Of a stretch of 64,000 bases of DNA, positions 1 through 16,506 are shown piece after piece; position 1 is the first letter of the stretch, and each line of letters starts with the position of its first letter. The stretch covers positions 434,001-498,000 of the forward strand of contig NIVC01000094.1 of assembly GCA_002269645.1 (NCBI GenBank), read 5' to 3'. The notes below the pieces were generated by a model that saw only the letters and a list, made by a program, of their open reading frames with translations, had not been told where the DNA came from and ran no database searches. Origin of the DNA: Macrostomum lignano (lineage: Eukaryota). Position numbers and translations under genes: made by a program.

Positions 1-47
1 AAAAACAGCTTGACAGCTTTTGTCACAGCTTATTTTCATTAGAAGCA

Positions 48-335
48 ATCATTCCCTTAGCAACGGACATTCCCTTAGCAACGGACATTCCCTTAGCAAC
101 AGCCGTTCCCTTAGAAACAGCCATTCCCTTAGCAACAGCCATTCCCTTAGCAACAGCCATTCCCTTAGCAACAACCATTCCTTTAGCAACATCCGTTCCC
201 TTAGCAACAGCCGTTCCCTTAGCAACAGCCATTCCCTTAGCAACAACCATTCCTTTAGCAACATCCGTTCCCTTAGCAACAGCCATTCCCTTAGCAATAT
301 CCGTCCCTTAGCAACAGACATTCCCTTAGCAACAA
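48..335 (+). repeat. 18-bp minisatellite (cattcccttagcaacagc)n upstream of the FAPP2-like ATG
   Basis: About 16 direct copies; explains spurious ORFs 20..370, 23..286 and 49..321. Confidence 0.95.
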
Positions 336-369
336 AGCCAGCCAGCTTGAATTTGCCCTCAATGCGTTG

Positions 370-1914
370 ATGGCAGCCACCGGCTCAGAACGCGCAGCCA
401 AGGAGGGCGGCCTGCACAAGTGGACCAACTATTTGAGCGGCTGGCAGCCCCGCTGGTTCCGCCTATCCGAAGGCAGCCAACTGTCTTATTACCTCAGCAA
501 GGAGGAGGTCAGCTCCGGCTGCCGCGGCTCGGTGAACATCTCCGTATGCGACGTGCTGCCCAGCCAGCACGACCCCCTGCGCTTCGATCTCAGCATCCCC
601 GGCGAGCAGCTCTGGCACCTGCGGGCCACCACACAAGCCGACAGGCAGAGCTGGATTGTCGCCATCGGCTCCTCCAAGGCTTGCGTCTCTAACGGGTCCG
701 GCCGGCCCGATGGCGCAGCTCCCAGCGCTGCTGCTGCCGCCGCGGCCGCCTCCGTGCCCAGCATCAACGCCCGGACGATGGAGCTGATGGCGCAGAAGAA
801 ATCGGAGCTGCGGCTCTACCACAGCCTGCTGCGCCAGCAGCTCCACGATCTCCAGTCCCAGCTGGGCGAGGGCCGAGTGCCCGATTTGGCCCAGCTCGAT
901 GACACCACTGGCCTGCTCAACGCCACCGCTGACACCTTCGCCGTGGCGCTGGACGACTGCATTGATCTGGCCAACACCATCGGGGAGCCGGCAATGCCGG
1001 CCGCCGCCACCTCGTCGCGGCCGCTCCCGCTGCAGCACCGGCCGCTGCAACGACCGCCGTCGAAGGACTCCTCGACGCTCGCTTCGGTGCTAGCGGCGCC
1101 CACTTCGCCAATTTTCGTTGCCAACCCCGGCGAAGAGGGCGTCCTGATGCCGGTCGTCACCGACCTGTCAATCGACTCCTCCGCCTCCACTTCGTCGACC
1201 GCTTCGGAGGCCGCCGTCGACCGGCCGCCGATTCGCCGACGTCAGCCGGCCAGGAAACGCCGCATCAACACCTTCTTCAGCCTGCTGCCGGCCTCCTTCG
1301 AGGACATCCGCCTCGGCCCTGGCGGCGACGTTCCCGTCGTGCCCTTCCTGGAAGCCTGCGGCGGCCTCGTCAACCTGATTGACATCTTCGAGTCTACCGC
1401 CTTTCTGCCTGTCCGAAACGACGTCCTTGGCAACATCGGCAAGCTGCGCGCCAAGCACGACTCGCTCAGCCCGCTGGCGGCTCACGCGCTGCAGTCGCTG
1501 ATCGAGGCGGAGGTCCGGCTGGGTCACAGCGCCGATTTGAACTCGGCGTGCGTGGCTCTCCTCTGGCTGAACCGGTCCATCCTGTTCCTGCAGCTGTTCA
1601 TTTCCAAGCTTTGCGACACCGATGGCGAGGACCTGACCGAGGCCGCCACTGAGGCCTACCATGGCTCGTTGAAGCCCTACCACGGCTGGGTTGTGCGCGG
1701 CGTTTTCTCGCTGGTTATTAAGTCGTTGCCAAGCAGATCGGAGCTGCTGTGTCGGCTCGGCCGGGCCAGAACCGAGCCGGCTGCGGAGGCGGCGCAGTAT
1801 CAGGCAGCCGTGGTTGCCGACGCCAGGTGCTACGCTGGCGCTATGGCCGTGGTGACTGAGCTCATCACCAAGATGCTGATTGCGAACGGCCTGGAGTCCC
1901 AGCAGCAGATTTGA
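370..1914 (+). CDS. PLEKHA8: PH domain + glycolipid transfer protein (GLTP) domain protein, PLEKHA8/FAPP2-like, intronless, 514 aa
   Basis: N-terminal KEGGLHKWTNYLSGWQPRWF...SYY...CRGS...WIVAIGSSKA is a FAPP-type PH domain. C-terminal PFLEAC...F..V.NDV.GNI.KL...ALLWLNRS...AY..SLKPYHGWVVRGVF is GLTP. ATG at 370, TGA at 1912-1914. Confidence 0.92.
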   Translation: MAATGSERAAKEGGLHKWTNYLSGWQPRWFRLSEGSQLSYYLSKEEVSSGCRGSVNISVCDVLPSQHDPLRFDLSIPGEQLWHLRATTQADRQSWIVAIGSSKACVSNGSGRPDGAAPSAAAAAAAASVPSINARTMELMAQKKSELRLYHSLLRQQLHDLQSQLGEGRVPDLAQLDDTTGLLNATADTFAVALDDCIDLANTIGEPAMPAAATSSRPLPLQHRPLQRPPSKDSSTLASVLAAPTSPIFVANPGEEGVLMPVVTDLSIDSSASTSSTASEAAVDRPPIRRRQPARKRRINTFFSLLPASFEDIRLGPGGDVPVVPFLEACGGLVNLIDIFESTAFLPVRNDVLGNIGKLRAKHDSLSPLAAHALQSLIEAEVRLGHSADLNSACVALLWLNRSILFLQLFISKLCDTDGEDLTEAATEAYHGSLKPYHGWVVRGVFSLVIKSLPSRSELLCRLGRARTEPAAEAAQYQAAVVADARCYAGAMAVVTELITKMLIANGLESQQQI

Positions 1915-2029
1915 CGCGCTGACTGATAGGCGCCTGTGCTTTGCTCCTGCTCGGCCGGATGCGTGAGAAATTGCGTGAAACGGCGCGTTTCTGTGGAACT
2001 GCAAAACTATAGAATGGACCTGCATTACT

Positions 2030-2232
2030 GTAGAAAGATCTGCATAACTGTAGAACAGATCTGTATTACTGTAGAACAGACCTGTATTACTGTAGAAAAG
2101 ATCTTTATTACTGTAGAGAAGATCTGTATTACTGTAGAACAGACCTGTATTACTGTAGAAAAGATCTTTATTACTGTAGAGAAGATCTGTATTACTGTAG
2201 AACGGATCTGTATTACTGTAGAACAGATCTTA
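2030..2232 (+). repeat. 21-bp minisatellite (tctgtattactgtagaacaga)n
   Basis: About 10 copies; source of the ITVEQIC pseudo-ORF. Confidence 0.9.
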
Positions 2233-3279
2233 AATTACTTTTTAAATGGCACTGTAATGCTGTAGTACATGATCATGTGTGTTTCAAAGCACTGCGAAAC
2301 TGTAGAACAGACCTGTACTACTGCACGAGTAGAATATGAGTCTGTAGAAGCGTAGAGCGTGTCTGTAATAATGTAGAACAGATATGTAAAACGGTAGAGC
2401 GGATTTGGATATATATATACATGTGTAGTATACGTTTCAGCCCGTAAGCGCAGGGTGTAAACTCGAGTCACCACCCTACCAGCTATCGGTCAGCTAGTGA
2501 AACATTAGTTTCAAGTTTTACTATCGATGTTTCTTTTTTGTTTTAATTTTTGTGTGACACTATCTTAACAATATTTTTGCGCACTGCATACCGGATGCCC
2601 CGTGTGTATGCAGTTCTCAGAATTCCCCAGGCCGAGGCAAGTACGCTTTATATTCCAAATCGTTTTCATCCATCCAGGATACTCCAGTGAACTCATCTCT
2701 CAACGCGGTGTTGCTGGCGCCCTCCAGACCGATCTACATTATTTTCTTTGCTAATCTGATAGCAACTTTGCTTTTTTGTTTGTCTGCCCTTGATTTTGTA
2801 TTTTTTAGAAAAACCGATTATTATAGGTCAACACGTGGATTTGTGTTGCTTTGCTGCCTAGTGCGATATTCAAGCCATGGGATAAATCTGTTCATGCCAT
2901 TTTCTGTGATAACCCCCCCCGCCGTGTGTTTGCCTCACCTGTGCAACCCCCAATGCAGTTCCACCTGCTTGCTTGTACCGCCAGTGCCCTGACCTGTCCG
3001 TGTATGTTTCTATAGACATGTGCATTAAATCTTATGAATATACATATTGATAAATATACACACACAAACATTAATGAGGCGATGGCTTCTCTGCCCTTCG
3101 TTTGGTTTATTGGACACTCAACGCAATAAAATCGATTGACGCTTTTGTGTTCAATGACTGTTCAATGTGATTAGCAGAGCGGTGTGTGAATTCGATGAAC
3201 AGTTATTGCAATTCAATGAAATAAAGATCGGGTGAACATCTGTCACCTATTCATCAGCTTATCCAACTCCTCTTATGTC

Positions 3280-4538
3280 TCAGGACCATAGTGACTCAAT
3301 CATTTGTTTGTCAGGACCATAGGGACTCAATCATTCGTTTGTCAGGACCATAGTGACACAATCATTCGTTTGTCAGGACCATAGTGACTCAATCATGTGT
3401 GTGTCAGTTACCATAGGGACTCAATCATTCACGTGTCAGTTACCATAGGGACTCAATCATTCACGTGTCAGGACCATAGGGACACAAGTGTGTCAGGACC
3501 ATAGGGACACAATCATTCGCGGGTCAGGACCATAGGGACACAAACATTCGTGGGTCAGGACCATAGGGACACAAACATTCGTGGGTCAGGACCATAGGGA
3601 CACAAACATTCGTGGGTCAGGACCATAGGGACACAATCATTCGTGTGTGTCAGGACCATAGGGACACAAACATTCGTGGGTCAGGACCATAGGGACACAA
3701 ACATTCGTGGGTCAGGACCATAGGGACACAATCATTCGTGGGTCAGGACCATAGGGACACAATCATTCGTGTGTGTCAGGACCATAGGGACACAAACATT
3801 CGTGGGTCAGGACCATAGGGACACAAACATTCGTGGGTCAGGACCATAGGGACACAATCATTCGTGTGTGTCAGGACCATAGGGACACAAACATTCGTGG
3901 GTCAGGACCATAGGGACACAAACATTCGTGGGTCAGGACCATAGGGACACAATCATTCGTGGGTCAGGACCATAGGGACACAAACATTCGTGTGTCAGGA
4001 CCATAGGGACACAAACATTCGTGGGTCAGGACCATAGGGACACAAACATTCGTGGGTCAGGACCATAGGGACACAAACATTCGTGTGTCAGGACCATAGG
4101 GACACAAACATTCGTGTGTCAGGACCATAGGGACACAAACATTCGTGGGTCAGGACCATAGGGACACAAACATTCGCGGGTCAGGACCATAGGGACACAA
4201 ACATTCGTGGGTCAGGACCATAGGGACACAAACATTCGTGGGTCAGGACCATAGGGACACAATCATTCGTGGGTCAGGACCATAGGGACACAAACATTCG
4301 TGGGTCAGGACCATAGGGACACAAACATTCGTTGGTCAGGACCATAGGGACACAAACATTCGTGGGTCAGGACCATAGGGACACAAACATTCGTGGGTCA
4401 GGACCATAGGGACACAAACATTCGCGGGTCAGGACCATAGGGACACAAACATTCGCGGGTCAGGACCATAGGGACACAAACATTCGTGGGTCAGGACCAT
4501 AGGGACACAAACATTCGTGGGTCAGGACCATAGGGACA
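3280..4538 (+). repeat. 31-bp minisatellite (gggtcaggaccatagggacacaaacattcgt)n with occasional 33-bp variants
   Basis: About 40 copies, more diverged at the 5' end. Confidence 0.95.
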
Positions 4539-5098
4539 ACTCCAGAATTTAAAATTAAATTTCCAAAAGTCCGCATTCATAGATTGAACATTGATTTTAT
4601 CAAGTTATTGATTCTGGAGTAGAGGTCAGCATTGTTTATTTAAACGTCTGGTTTGTGGTTTTTTGCTTGTTCGAAGCAGAAAAAAAGCGTGTTTTTGCGA
4701 CGTGATAAAACAGTTAAAAAGCGTTTATTACAAGCATTTAAAAAAACGTTTAGAAAAAAAACTTTTCTGTGGTTGCATAGTACAATTTTTTAACTCTGTT
4801 GTATTGTAAGTTGAAGAAGGATTCGCAGAACTGTATGAGCAGCGGGAAAGTGAGAATAGAGTTGCAAAAGATTCCGCAGGGACAGAAGTGCTACAGCATA
4901 TTAAATTATAATTCGCAAGAGCTTATAGCTATACAGTTAAAGACAGCTAAAGCACGTTCGGGTGCAGATCGTAGGAACTTTCGCTTGCTAAAAGTTTTCC
5001 GGTTTTCCGTTAATGAACATAAATTATCTCTCTGTCAGAGGTGGGATATTGCAATGAAGCATTGCAATGAAGGTTCAGTCAGATTGAGTCACTAAACT

Positions 5099-6506
5099 TG
5101 TGCCAGTCATGGACATGCTAATGCCAGTGATGGACACGCTAATGCCAGTCATGGACACGCTAATGCCAGTCATGGACACGCTAATGCCAGTCATGGACAC
5201 GCTTATGCCAGTCATGGACACGCTAATGCCGGTCATGGACACGCTTATGCCAGTCATGGACACGCTAATGCCAGTCATGGACAGCGCGCTAATGCCAGTC
5301 ATAGACACGCTAATGCCAGTCATGGTCACGCTTATGCCAGTCATGGACACGCTTATGCCAGTCATGGACAGCGCGCTAATGCCAGTCATAGAGAGCGCGC
5401 TAATGCCAGTCATGGACACGCTAATGCCAGTGATGGACACACTTATGCCAGTGATGGACACGCTTATGCCAGTGATGGACACGCTTATGCCAGTGATGGA
5501 CACGCTTATGCCAGTGATGGACACGCTTATGCCAGTCATGGACACACTAATGCCAGTGATGGACACGCTTATGCCAGTGATGGACACGCTTATGCCAGTC
5601 ATGGACACGCTAATGCCAGTGATGGACATTCTCATACCAGTCATGGACACGCTAATGCCAGTGATGGACATTCTCATACCAGTCATGGACACGCTAATGC
5701 CAGTGATGGACATTCTCATACCAGTCATGGACACGCTAATGCCAGTGATGGACATTCTCATACCAGTCATGGACACGCTAATGCCAGTGATGGACATTCT
5801 CATACCAGTCATGGACACGCTAATGCCAGTGATGGACACGCTAATGCCAGTCATGGACACGCTTATGCCAATCATGGACACGCTAATGCCAGTCATGGAC
5901 AGCTTATGCCAGTCATGGACAGCGCGCTTATGCCAGTCATGGACAGCGCGCTTATGCCAGTCATGGACAGCGCGCTTATGCCAGTCATGGACAGCGCGCT
6001 TATGCCAGTCATGGACAGCTTATGCCAGTCATGGACAGCGCGCTTATGCCAGTCATGGACAGCGCGCTTATGCCAGTCATGGACAGCGCGCTTATGCCAG
6101 TCATGGACAGCGCGCTTATGCCAGTCATGGACAGCGCGCTTATGCCAGTCATGGACAGCGCGCTTATGCCAGTCATGGACAGCGCGCTTATGCCAGTCAT
6201 GGACAGCGCGCTTATGCCAGTCATGGACAGCGCGCTTATGCCAGTCATGGACAGCGCGCTTATGCCAGTCATGGACAGCGCGCTTATGCCAGTCATGGAC
6301 AGCGCGCTTATGCCAGTCATGGACAGCGCGCTAATGCCAGTCATAGAGAGCGCGCTTATGCCAGTCATGGACAGCGCGCTTATACCAGTCCTGGACAGCG
6401 CGCTTATGCCAGTCATGGACAGCGCGCTTATGCCAGTCCTGGACAGCGCGCTTATACCAGTCATGGACAGCGCGCTTATGCCAGTCATGGACAGCGCGCT
6501 TATGCC
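5099..6506 (+). repeat. Compound minisatellite: 21-bp (atgccagtcatggacacgcta) switching to 24-bp (atgccagtcatggacagcgcgctt)
   Basis: Direct repeats; explains ORFs 5075-6639. Confidence 0.95.
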
Positions 6507-6738
6507 AACTATTTTCCTCTTTCGGTGGAACAAAATGGTTCCTCTTGCCGCTTTTCGCACGCCCTCCCGTCCTCATTACGTCAGTTTCGTCCATGATTAC
6601 GAACAAGGACCGCTAGAAATCGAATTCCGTACTAATTAATAATATGAATTTTATACCACAATCACAACTAACTTTGACACACGACAAGGGTACAGTGCAG
6701 TCAGCTTACAATGTGACATCGCCGGACGTGGATCATCA

Positions 6739-10441
<3,703 letters not shown>

Positions 10442-11257
10442 CTCGGCGTCTCAGCAGCTCCTTGTGTCTCAGTTGCCTCTATCTCTCAACTGTGAGTTCT
10501 TGTTCTGTTCGTCAGACTTGTTGACCGGTTTGCTCTGTAGAATGCAGTTCTATCATTTTTATAGCCTGCTGATCAAGAATTGCTGAAGGAAGGACTGTTG
10601 ACGCTTTCCTGATTTGCGGGTGCCGACGAATTGAAAGGTCGGCCAATCAGCCGCGGCCGCTCTTTTTCACCTCTAATTTCCCAAGCTGTTTACGCACTGG
10701 CAAGGTCAAGTCAATATTTGCCCTCTGGTTGTTGAATATCACCGCATCCAATAGGAGTTCAGGCGCACTGAACAGGGCTTGAACGATGTAGCTGAGAATT
10801 TGTTTCCCTAAAGATGGCCCGAATAAACTAATCGGATTCCCCTATTCAATAAGTAGTCACCTCGCCCCTCCGCCCGCCTTCACTTCAGTTTGCTACGCTC
10901 GTAGGCGGAGAGATTAGCAAGTACTCAGACTCGAAAGCAGCAACCCCGCTCTCCATTGTTCAGCTTAGACAGTTTCTCTTTCTATCCATTTCATTCCGAG
11001 CAAGAATGTGTTACTGTGCTCTGCGCCCCTGCGCTGCATTGAGCCTGCGGCCTCTAATGTGAGCGAAATCCGAGGGTTGGGCGGAGAACTGGGTGGGTAC
11101 TGCGCCTGCTGGATGCGCTGCAGTCCGCCTTTAAAGGCGCACCCAGTTTTTTAGCGCCAGAGAGCATAAGCTAGCAAGGTTTTTGCTTCGATAGAAACTC
11201 AGTTTCCGATATCGAATATCTGGAGCAGTATTTGAAGAAGAAGCGAAACAACCGGAG

Positions 11258-14200
11258 ATGAGCCATCTCAGCCTGCTACTGCTGGCAGTTTTTGCCGGGC
11301 TGGCCAGCGCAAATAGGCCGCCGTACTTTGTCAGGGACCTCAGTGGCACGGCGATCAAGGAGGACACCGCGCCGGGCACCGTCATCGGCAGAATCGAGGC
11401 CAGGGACCCGGAGGGCTTCGGCATCCAGTACCGGATCAATTCGCCCTACTTCATCATCGACTCTAGGTCCGGTGCCGTCACCCTCGTCAGAAACATCGAC
11501 CACGAGACCACTAAGACGATATCGTCCGTGTTTCTCATCAACTCATACGACGACAACGTACAGGTGGTGAGTCGTACAGTCACGTTCGCTATCATCGACG
11601 TGAACGACGTGGCCCCGGTGTTCACGCTGCCCGTGTTCTCCGGGTCAGTCGACGAGGCCTCGCCCAACGGCACAGTGGTCATCGCCAGCGTGGTGGCCAC
11701 CGACCTTGACGAAACCGGACCCGGCCTGACTGTGGAGTGCGACCGGGCCAGCGTTGCCTCCGAGTTCGCCGGCGTTTGCGACGTCTTCGAAGTTCTTCGC
11801 ACCGCGCCACTGCAGGTCCGGAGCTGGACTGGCAGCATCGTGCTGCGAGGCAATGTGGCCTACAAAGACAAAACCGCCTGGCAGCTGCCGCTGAAGGCGT
11901 CCGACGGTAGTTTTGTGACCATCGGGAGCGCCGAAATTCGCATCAACGACGTGCAGAATGAGCCGCCAATCTTTGTCACCTCGATGAACGTTCAAACCTT
12001 CGAGCAGTTCGAGGGCGCCATTATTACCATCGTGCAAGCGATCGACCAGGATCGCGGCAACCCGAGGCCAGTTGTGTACTCTCTGGTCACTAATCCCGGA
12101 GGCCTATTCGCAGTTGAGACTAACCTGACCTCGGGCCTGGGCACTGTAACCAACATCAAAGATCTAGACCGAGACACGGACCCGGTGCTTGCCGACGGCT
12201 TCGTCGCTGTGATTATCAAGGCCAGCGAGGTGATTAACCAGACAGCGAAAATTTATGGAAATGATAGTCTAACCACCGCCACCGCCACCCTGGTCGTCAC
12301 GGTCAACGGAATCAACAACAAGGCGCCAACTTTCAGTCAGACCGCAGCTTCCGTCTTCATGCCGGAAAACATACCGATCAATAGCCCCGTGCCTGGATTG
12401 TCACTCACGGTGAGGGACCTGGATCAGGGCGTCAATGCGTCGTTTTCTATCGTGCTGCTCAGCCACACAGACATATTTATGGTGGAGCCCGCCAGTGGAC
12501 AGGAACTGGCCGTGGTCTCAATCCGAGTGAAGAATATCTCTACCATCGACTATGATTTTGGAACAAAAGCTTATGTATTGAACTTGGAAGCTCGCGAAGA
12601 CAAGAGTCCGCCTGGACTGAGACTCACAGGCAGTGCCATGATTGCTGTGGTGCTAGTCGACATCAATGACTCAGTCCTCAGTTCAACAGCTCCTCCTACA
12701 GCTTCAGCGTTTCAGAGCTGGCAGCCGAGGGAACCGCTCTGACTTTTGGCATCCAAGCGACCGATCCAGACTCCGGGATGTTCGGCACGGCCGGAATTCG
12801 CTACTCGCTGATCGGCAACGGAGCGGATAAGTTCGAGATCAGAGACCCGACTCGTGCTGTGATCAGCGTCCGGCGCTGCACAGGCGTTCCCGGCAAGGGA
12901 CCTCTCTGCCTGGACCGCGAGCTGGCCCCAAGTTACACTTTGTTCCTAGTGGCCACAGACAATCAGGGCACCGGGAATTCGAATTCTACGTCGATTGTCT
13001 TTACTGTGCTCGACGAGAATGACAATCCGCCGATATTTGACAGCGCGACCGGCACGTACGAGTTTTTCATCAACGAAGGTCAGACCAGCGGTTCTCCGAT
13101 TTTCCAGGTGTCGGCCACGGACGCCGATTCTCCTCTTAATGGCAACAACGTCGTTCAATACTCAATTGTGGGAGAAAATGCTACCACCTACGACGGACTT
13201 TGGAGAATCCTATCGGGTGGGATTATCGTTGCGTCCAGGCCGGTGGACTACGAGACCATCCCAGGCCTGACTGGGAGCTACGTGTTTTATGCGCAAGCTC
13301 AGGACTCTTCTTCGCCCTACTTCAAGGCCTACGACAAGATTGTGATCAACGTCATCGATTTGAACGATAACGCGCCTATATTTACCGTGCCCAGTCCCGT
13401 CAGCCTCTCCGTGCTAGAGACGATGAATGGCTCGCACTATTTGACAACACTGAAGGCTACCGACGGAGATCTACCGACCACTGCTAACGGTCGCGTGTCC
13501 TACTCCATTCAGTCTGGGGCTCAGGGAAAATTTACCATTAACGACACGACTGGAGATTTGTACACCACCGCTGCTGCAACTTTTGACTACGATGTCCAAC
13601 CAGTTTACGTATTAAATGTTGTTGCAGAAGACAACGGTAGCCCGAGGCTACAGGCGGTGCTTAAAGTCAATGTGCACGTCATTGACACCAACAACCGGTT
13701 TCCTTACTTCCTTATGAATCCAAAGTTGGTGCAGGTGTACGAAAACACTCCAGTTGGAAGTTTCGTAACTCAAATGACAGCCATGGATCAGGATTCGGCC
13801 TCTCAGCTCAATTTTACTGTCCTATCGACTGTCTACAAGAGGCTTGACGGCACAGTCACAACCAGCAACGCGACTCTGTTCAACTTGAGTCCCACTTCAG
13901 CCAATGTGACTGTTCTGAACAAGCTGAATCGGGACATCGTGTCTGAAGTGACCATGTTGGTCCACGTTGCAGACCTCAACGCCACGTCTCCCCAGACAGC
14001 GACGGCCACCCTCATTATTGCCATCTTGGACGTCAATGACAGGGCGCCGGAGTTCGTCAGGCCGTGGACATTGTCCAATCCGTACTACAACATGAGTATC
14101 GATGAAGAGCAACCAATCGGTAGCTTTGTTGTGGTATTGACAGCCACGGATCCTGACGGCCCACTGAGCGGTTACTATATCGTCAATGATCCTCTTTCGG

Positions 14201-16506
14201 CCTTCTCTATATCCTCCTCAGGCACAGTGACACTGAGAGGACGACTTGACTTTGAAGCTGTTGAAGCGACCAACTTCACAGTTGTTGCCGTGGACTCTGG
14301 GGTGCCAAGACTGAGCGCTACAGCCACGGTGTCCATCACATTGAACAATATCAACGACATGAGTCCAATAGTTCAGCAGTCGCAGTACCAGTTCTCGTTG
14401 GTTGAGACCTACGGACCGGCTCCGTCTACACCGCTGAGCGGCCCAAATCGCTTCCTGGGAGTCGTGAACGCCTCAGACGCTGACAAGGGCGACTATGGTA
14501 GCGTAACTTTCCAACTGGCGGATCCTCGCTTCTTCTTGGTGCCCTCAGCCAACGGAGCCGAAGTCTACGCAAATGGGACGGCGTATTTTGACCGGGAGGT
14601 TACCAACCAAATCGTGCTTCAGCTGCAAGTCTCGGACAGCCCGGCCAATCCCACTGTCAGACGATTTGTATCGGCTCCTGTCTATGTTCAGATACTCGAC
14701 GTGAATGACAACGCGCCTCGATTTCTGGTGCCTGATTACTATGCTACTGTGGGCAACAATGCTCCCATCGGAACTTTATTTGTTTCAGTTTTGGCCACGG
14801 ATATAGACATAAACAACACATTGACCTACTCGCTACAGCCATCAGCCAACTCGGATCTGTTTGCTATGAACTCCAGTTCAGGGCAGCTTACCTCGACCCA
14901 ATCTCTTACAACAAAGGCGGGCAATATGCTTCTAACGGGAGTTGTGTCCGATGGTGTGCACAACGCCACTTGCTCCATTCACATCACCATTCTCGAGTCG
15001 AGCAGGACGCCACCTGTGTGGGTTTCACCCAGCAGTGACAACAACACTCTGCAGGTGCTGGAGGAGCAGTACCTGGGCCTGATCATCACCCGGCTGCAAG
15101 CGCGTGCCGATAATAGCAGCAGCGCCGAGGTGGCCCGCCTCACCTACGGCATCCTCTACGGAGACGCATTCGTCGATGAGACGCCGCAGTTCAAGGTGAA
15201 CCCAGTGACTGGTGTACTCACTGCCAACATCATTTTCGATCGCGAGAGGCAGGACCAATATCTGTTGAACCTGGCCGTTAGAGATGGTCGCACACCGCCG
15301 CTTGAGTCCCGCCTGTTCGTCATGGTGCAAATATTGGACGTCGACGATAACAAGCCAGTATTCGACAGGTCTAATTACGCATTCAGCGTGGCCGAGAGCG
15401 TCTCTGTCAACACGAGTGTCGGCACGGTGCGCGCTACAGATTTGGACATTGGGGTGAACGCCATCATCCGCTACAGCATTGTGTTGGGCAACACGGGCAA
15501 CGCCTTCCGCATCGACGCCGTCACTGGCGAGATTTTTGTCAACTCGCCGTTGGATCGCGAGACTACGGCCGATTATTCGCTGCAAGTCGGCTCAGGTAGT
15601 GCCGGCTCAAGCTCGGTTGCCTCGGTGGTCACGGTTAACATCAGCATTGGCGATGTGAACGACAATGTTCCGGCATTTTCTCAGCCGATTTTCAGCGCCA
15701 GTTTGCCGTACGACAGCCAGTTTGGCTCGTTGATTGTGAGAGTCAGTGCCGCTGACCCGGACTACGGAGACAATGCGCTTGTAGCCTTCTCTGTGGCGGA
15801 CGACCGAGGCCTCATGAGCATCGACAGCGCTGGCCGAGTCACGCTAGTGAGCCTTCCAACTTCATCCTCGACCACCCCAGCCACTGCACGTCTTTCTGCA
15901 TGGAATCCTGTCAGAGCGTCTGCGATATCCAGCGCCACACTGCGAGTTTGGTTCACCTCGTCCGCCGAGGTCGCGGTCCTGACCGTCACGCAGACCCCGG
16001 ACTGGGTGTCGCAGCACCTGGACATGTACCGAACTCAGTTAGTTGCCATTACCAACACTAGCAACGTGTTCATCACCTCTGTGCGCTACCACCTGAGTAA
16101 GGACGGAGAGCCAGACCTGACCCGAACTGACCTGCTGGTGACCGCGTCTCGACCCGACCTCACACTTTACTCCGGCCCCGAGCTCTCCAAACTGGTCCTA
16201 TCAGCGATGTCCAGCGGCGACTCCGCGGCCAATTTGCGCTTCCTGAAACTGCAGGACGCCTCAGGTGCTTCAGACCCCGGCGCCGCTGGTGACGTCGATC
16301 TCAGCCTGCCGGCAATCGCCGCCTGCGTGGTGCTGGCGGTGGTGCTGCTGGCCGCCCTGGGCTTCGCCATCGCCATGTACTGCATGCAGAAAAGCCTGGC
16401 TGCCAGGTGCGCCGCCCAGGCTGGCGCCAACCACCTGCAGTTCCTGAACATTCAGGGAATGCAGAAGCACAACATGGCTTACGACGAGAGTACAATTGTC
16501 GGCTGA
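11258..16506 (+). CDS. Non-classical cadherin, Cad87A/CDH23-like: signal peptide, ~14 EC repeats, membrane-adjacent domain, TM, short tail; no introns seen; 1-nt deletion near 12671-12676 joins ORFs 11258..12742 and 12778..16506 (~1749 aa)
   Basis: Signal MSHLSLLLLAVFAGLASA; NRPPYF start; repeated DxNDxxPxF, AxDxD and LDRE/LDYE motifs; TM IAACVVLAVVLLAALGFAIAMY. The shifted frame from 12676 reads PQFNSSSYSFSVSELAAEGT...IQATDPDSG, restoring EC5. Confidence 0.9.

Noticed and set aside
2584-2617. Hairpin actgcatac...gtatgcagt downstream of FAPP2
   Set aside because: Only a 9-bp stem with a 14-nt loop; compatible with chance.
3280-4538. Tandem arrays as CRISPR loci
   Set aside because: Units are head-to-tail with no unique spacers, there are no cas genes, and the context is eukaryotic.
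5075-6639. Long repetitive ORFs (MPVMDTL..., also SIYL, GGAGQG, ERERG types elsewhere) as proteins
   Set aside because: They are translations of mini/microsatellites, open in several frames and strands, mostly inside introns of real genes.
12670-12680. Programmed ribosomal frameshifting in the cadherin or CaMKIV
   Set aside because: No slippery heptamer or stimulatory structure; two isolated 1-nt deletions fit consensus errors better.
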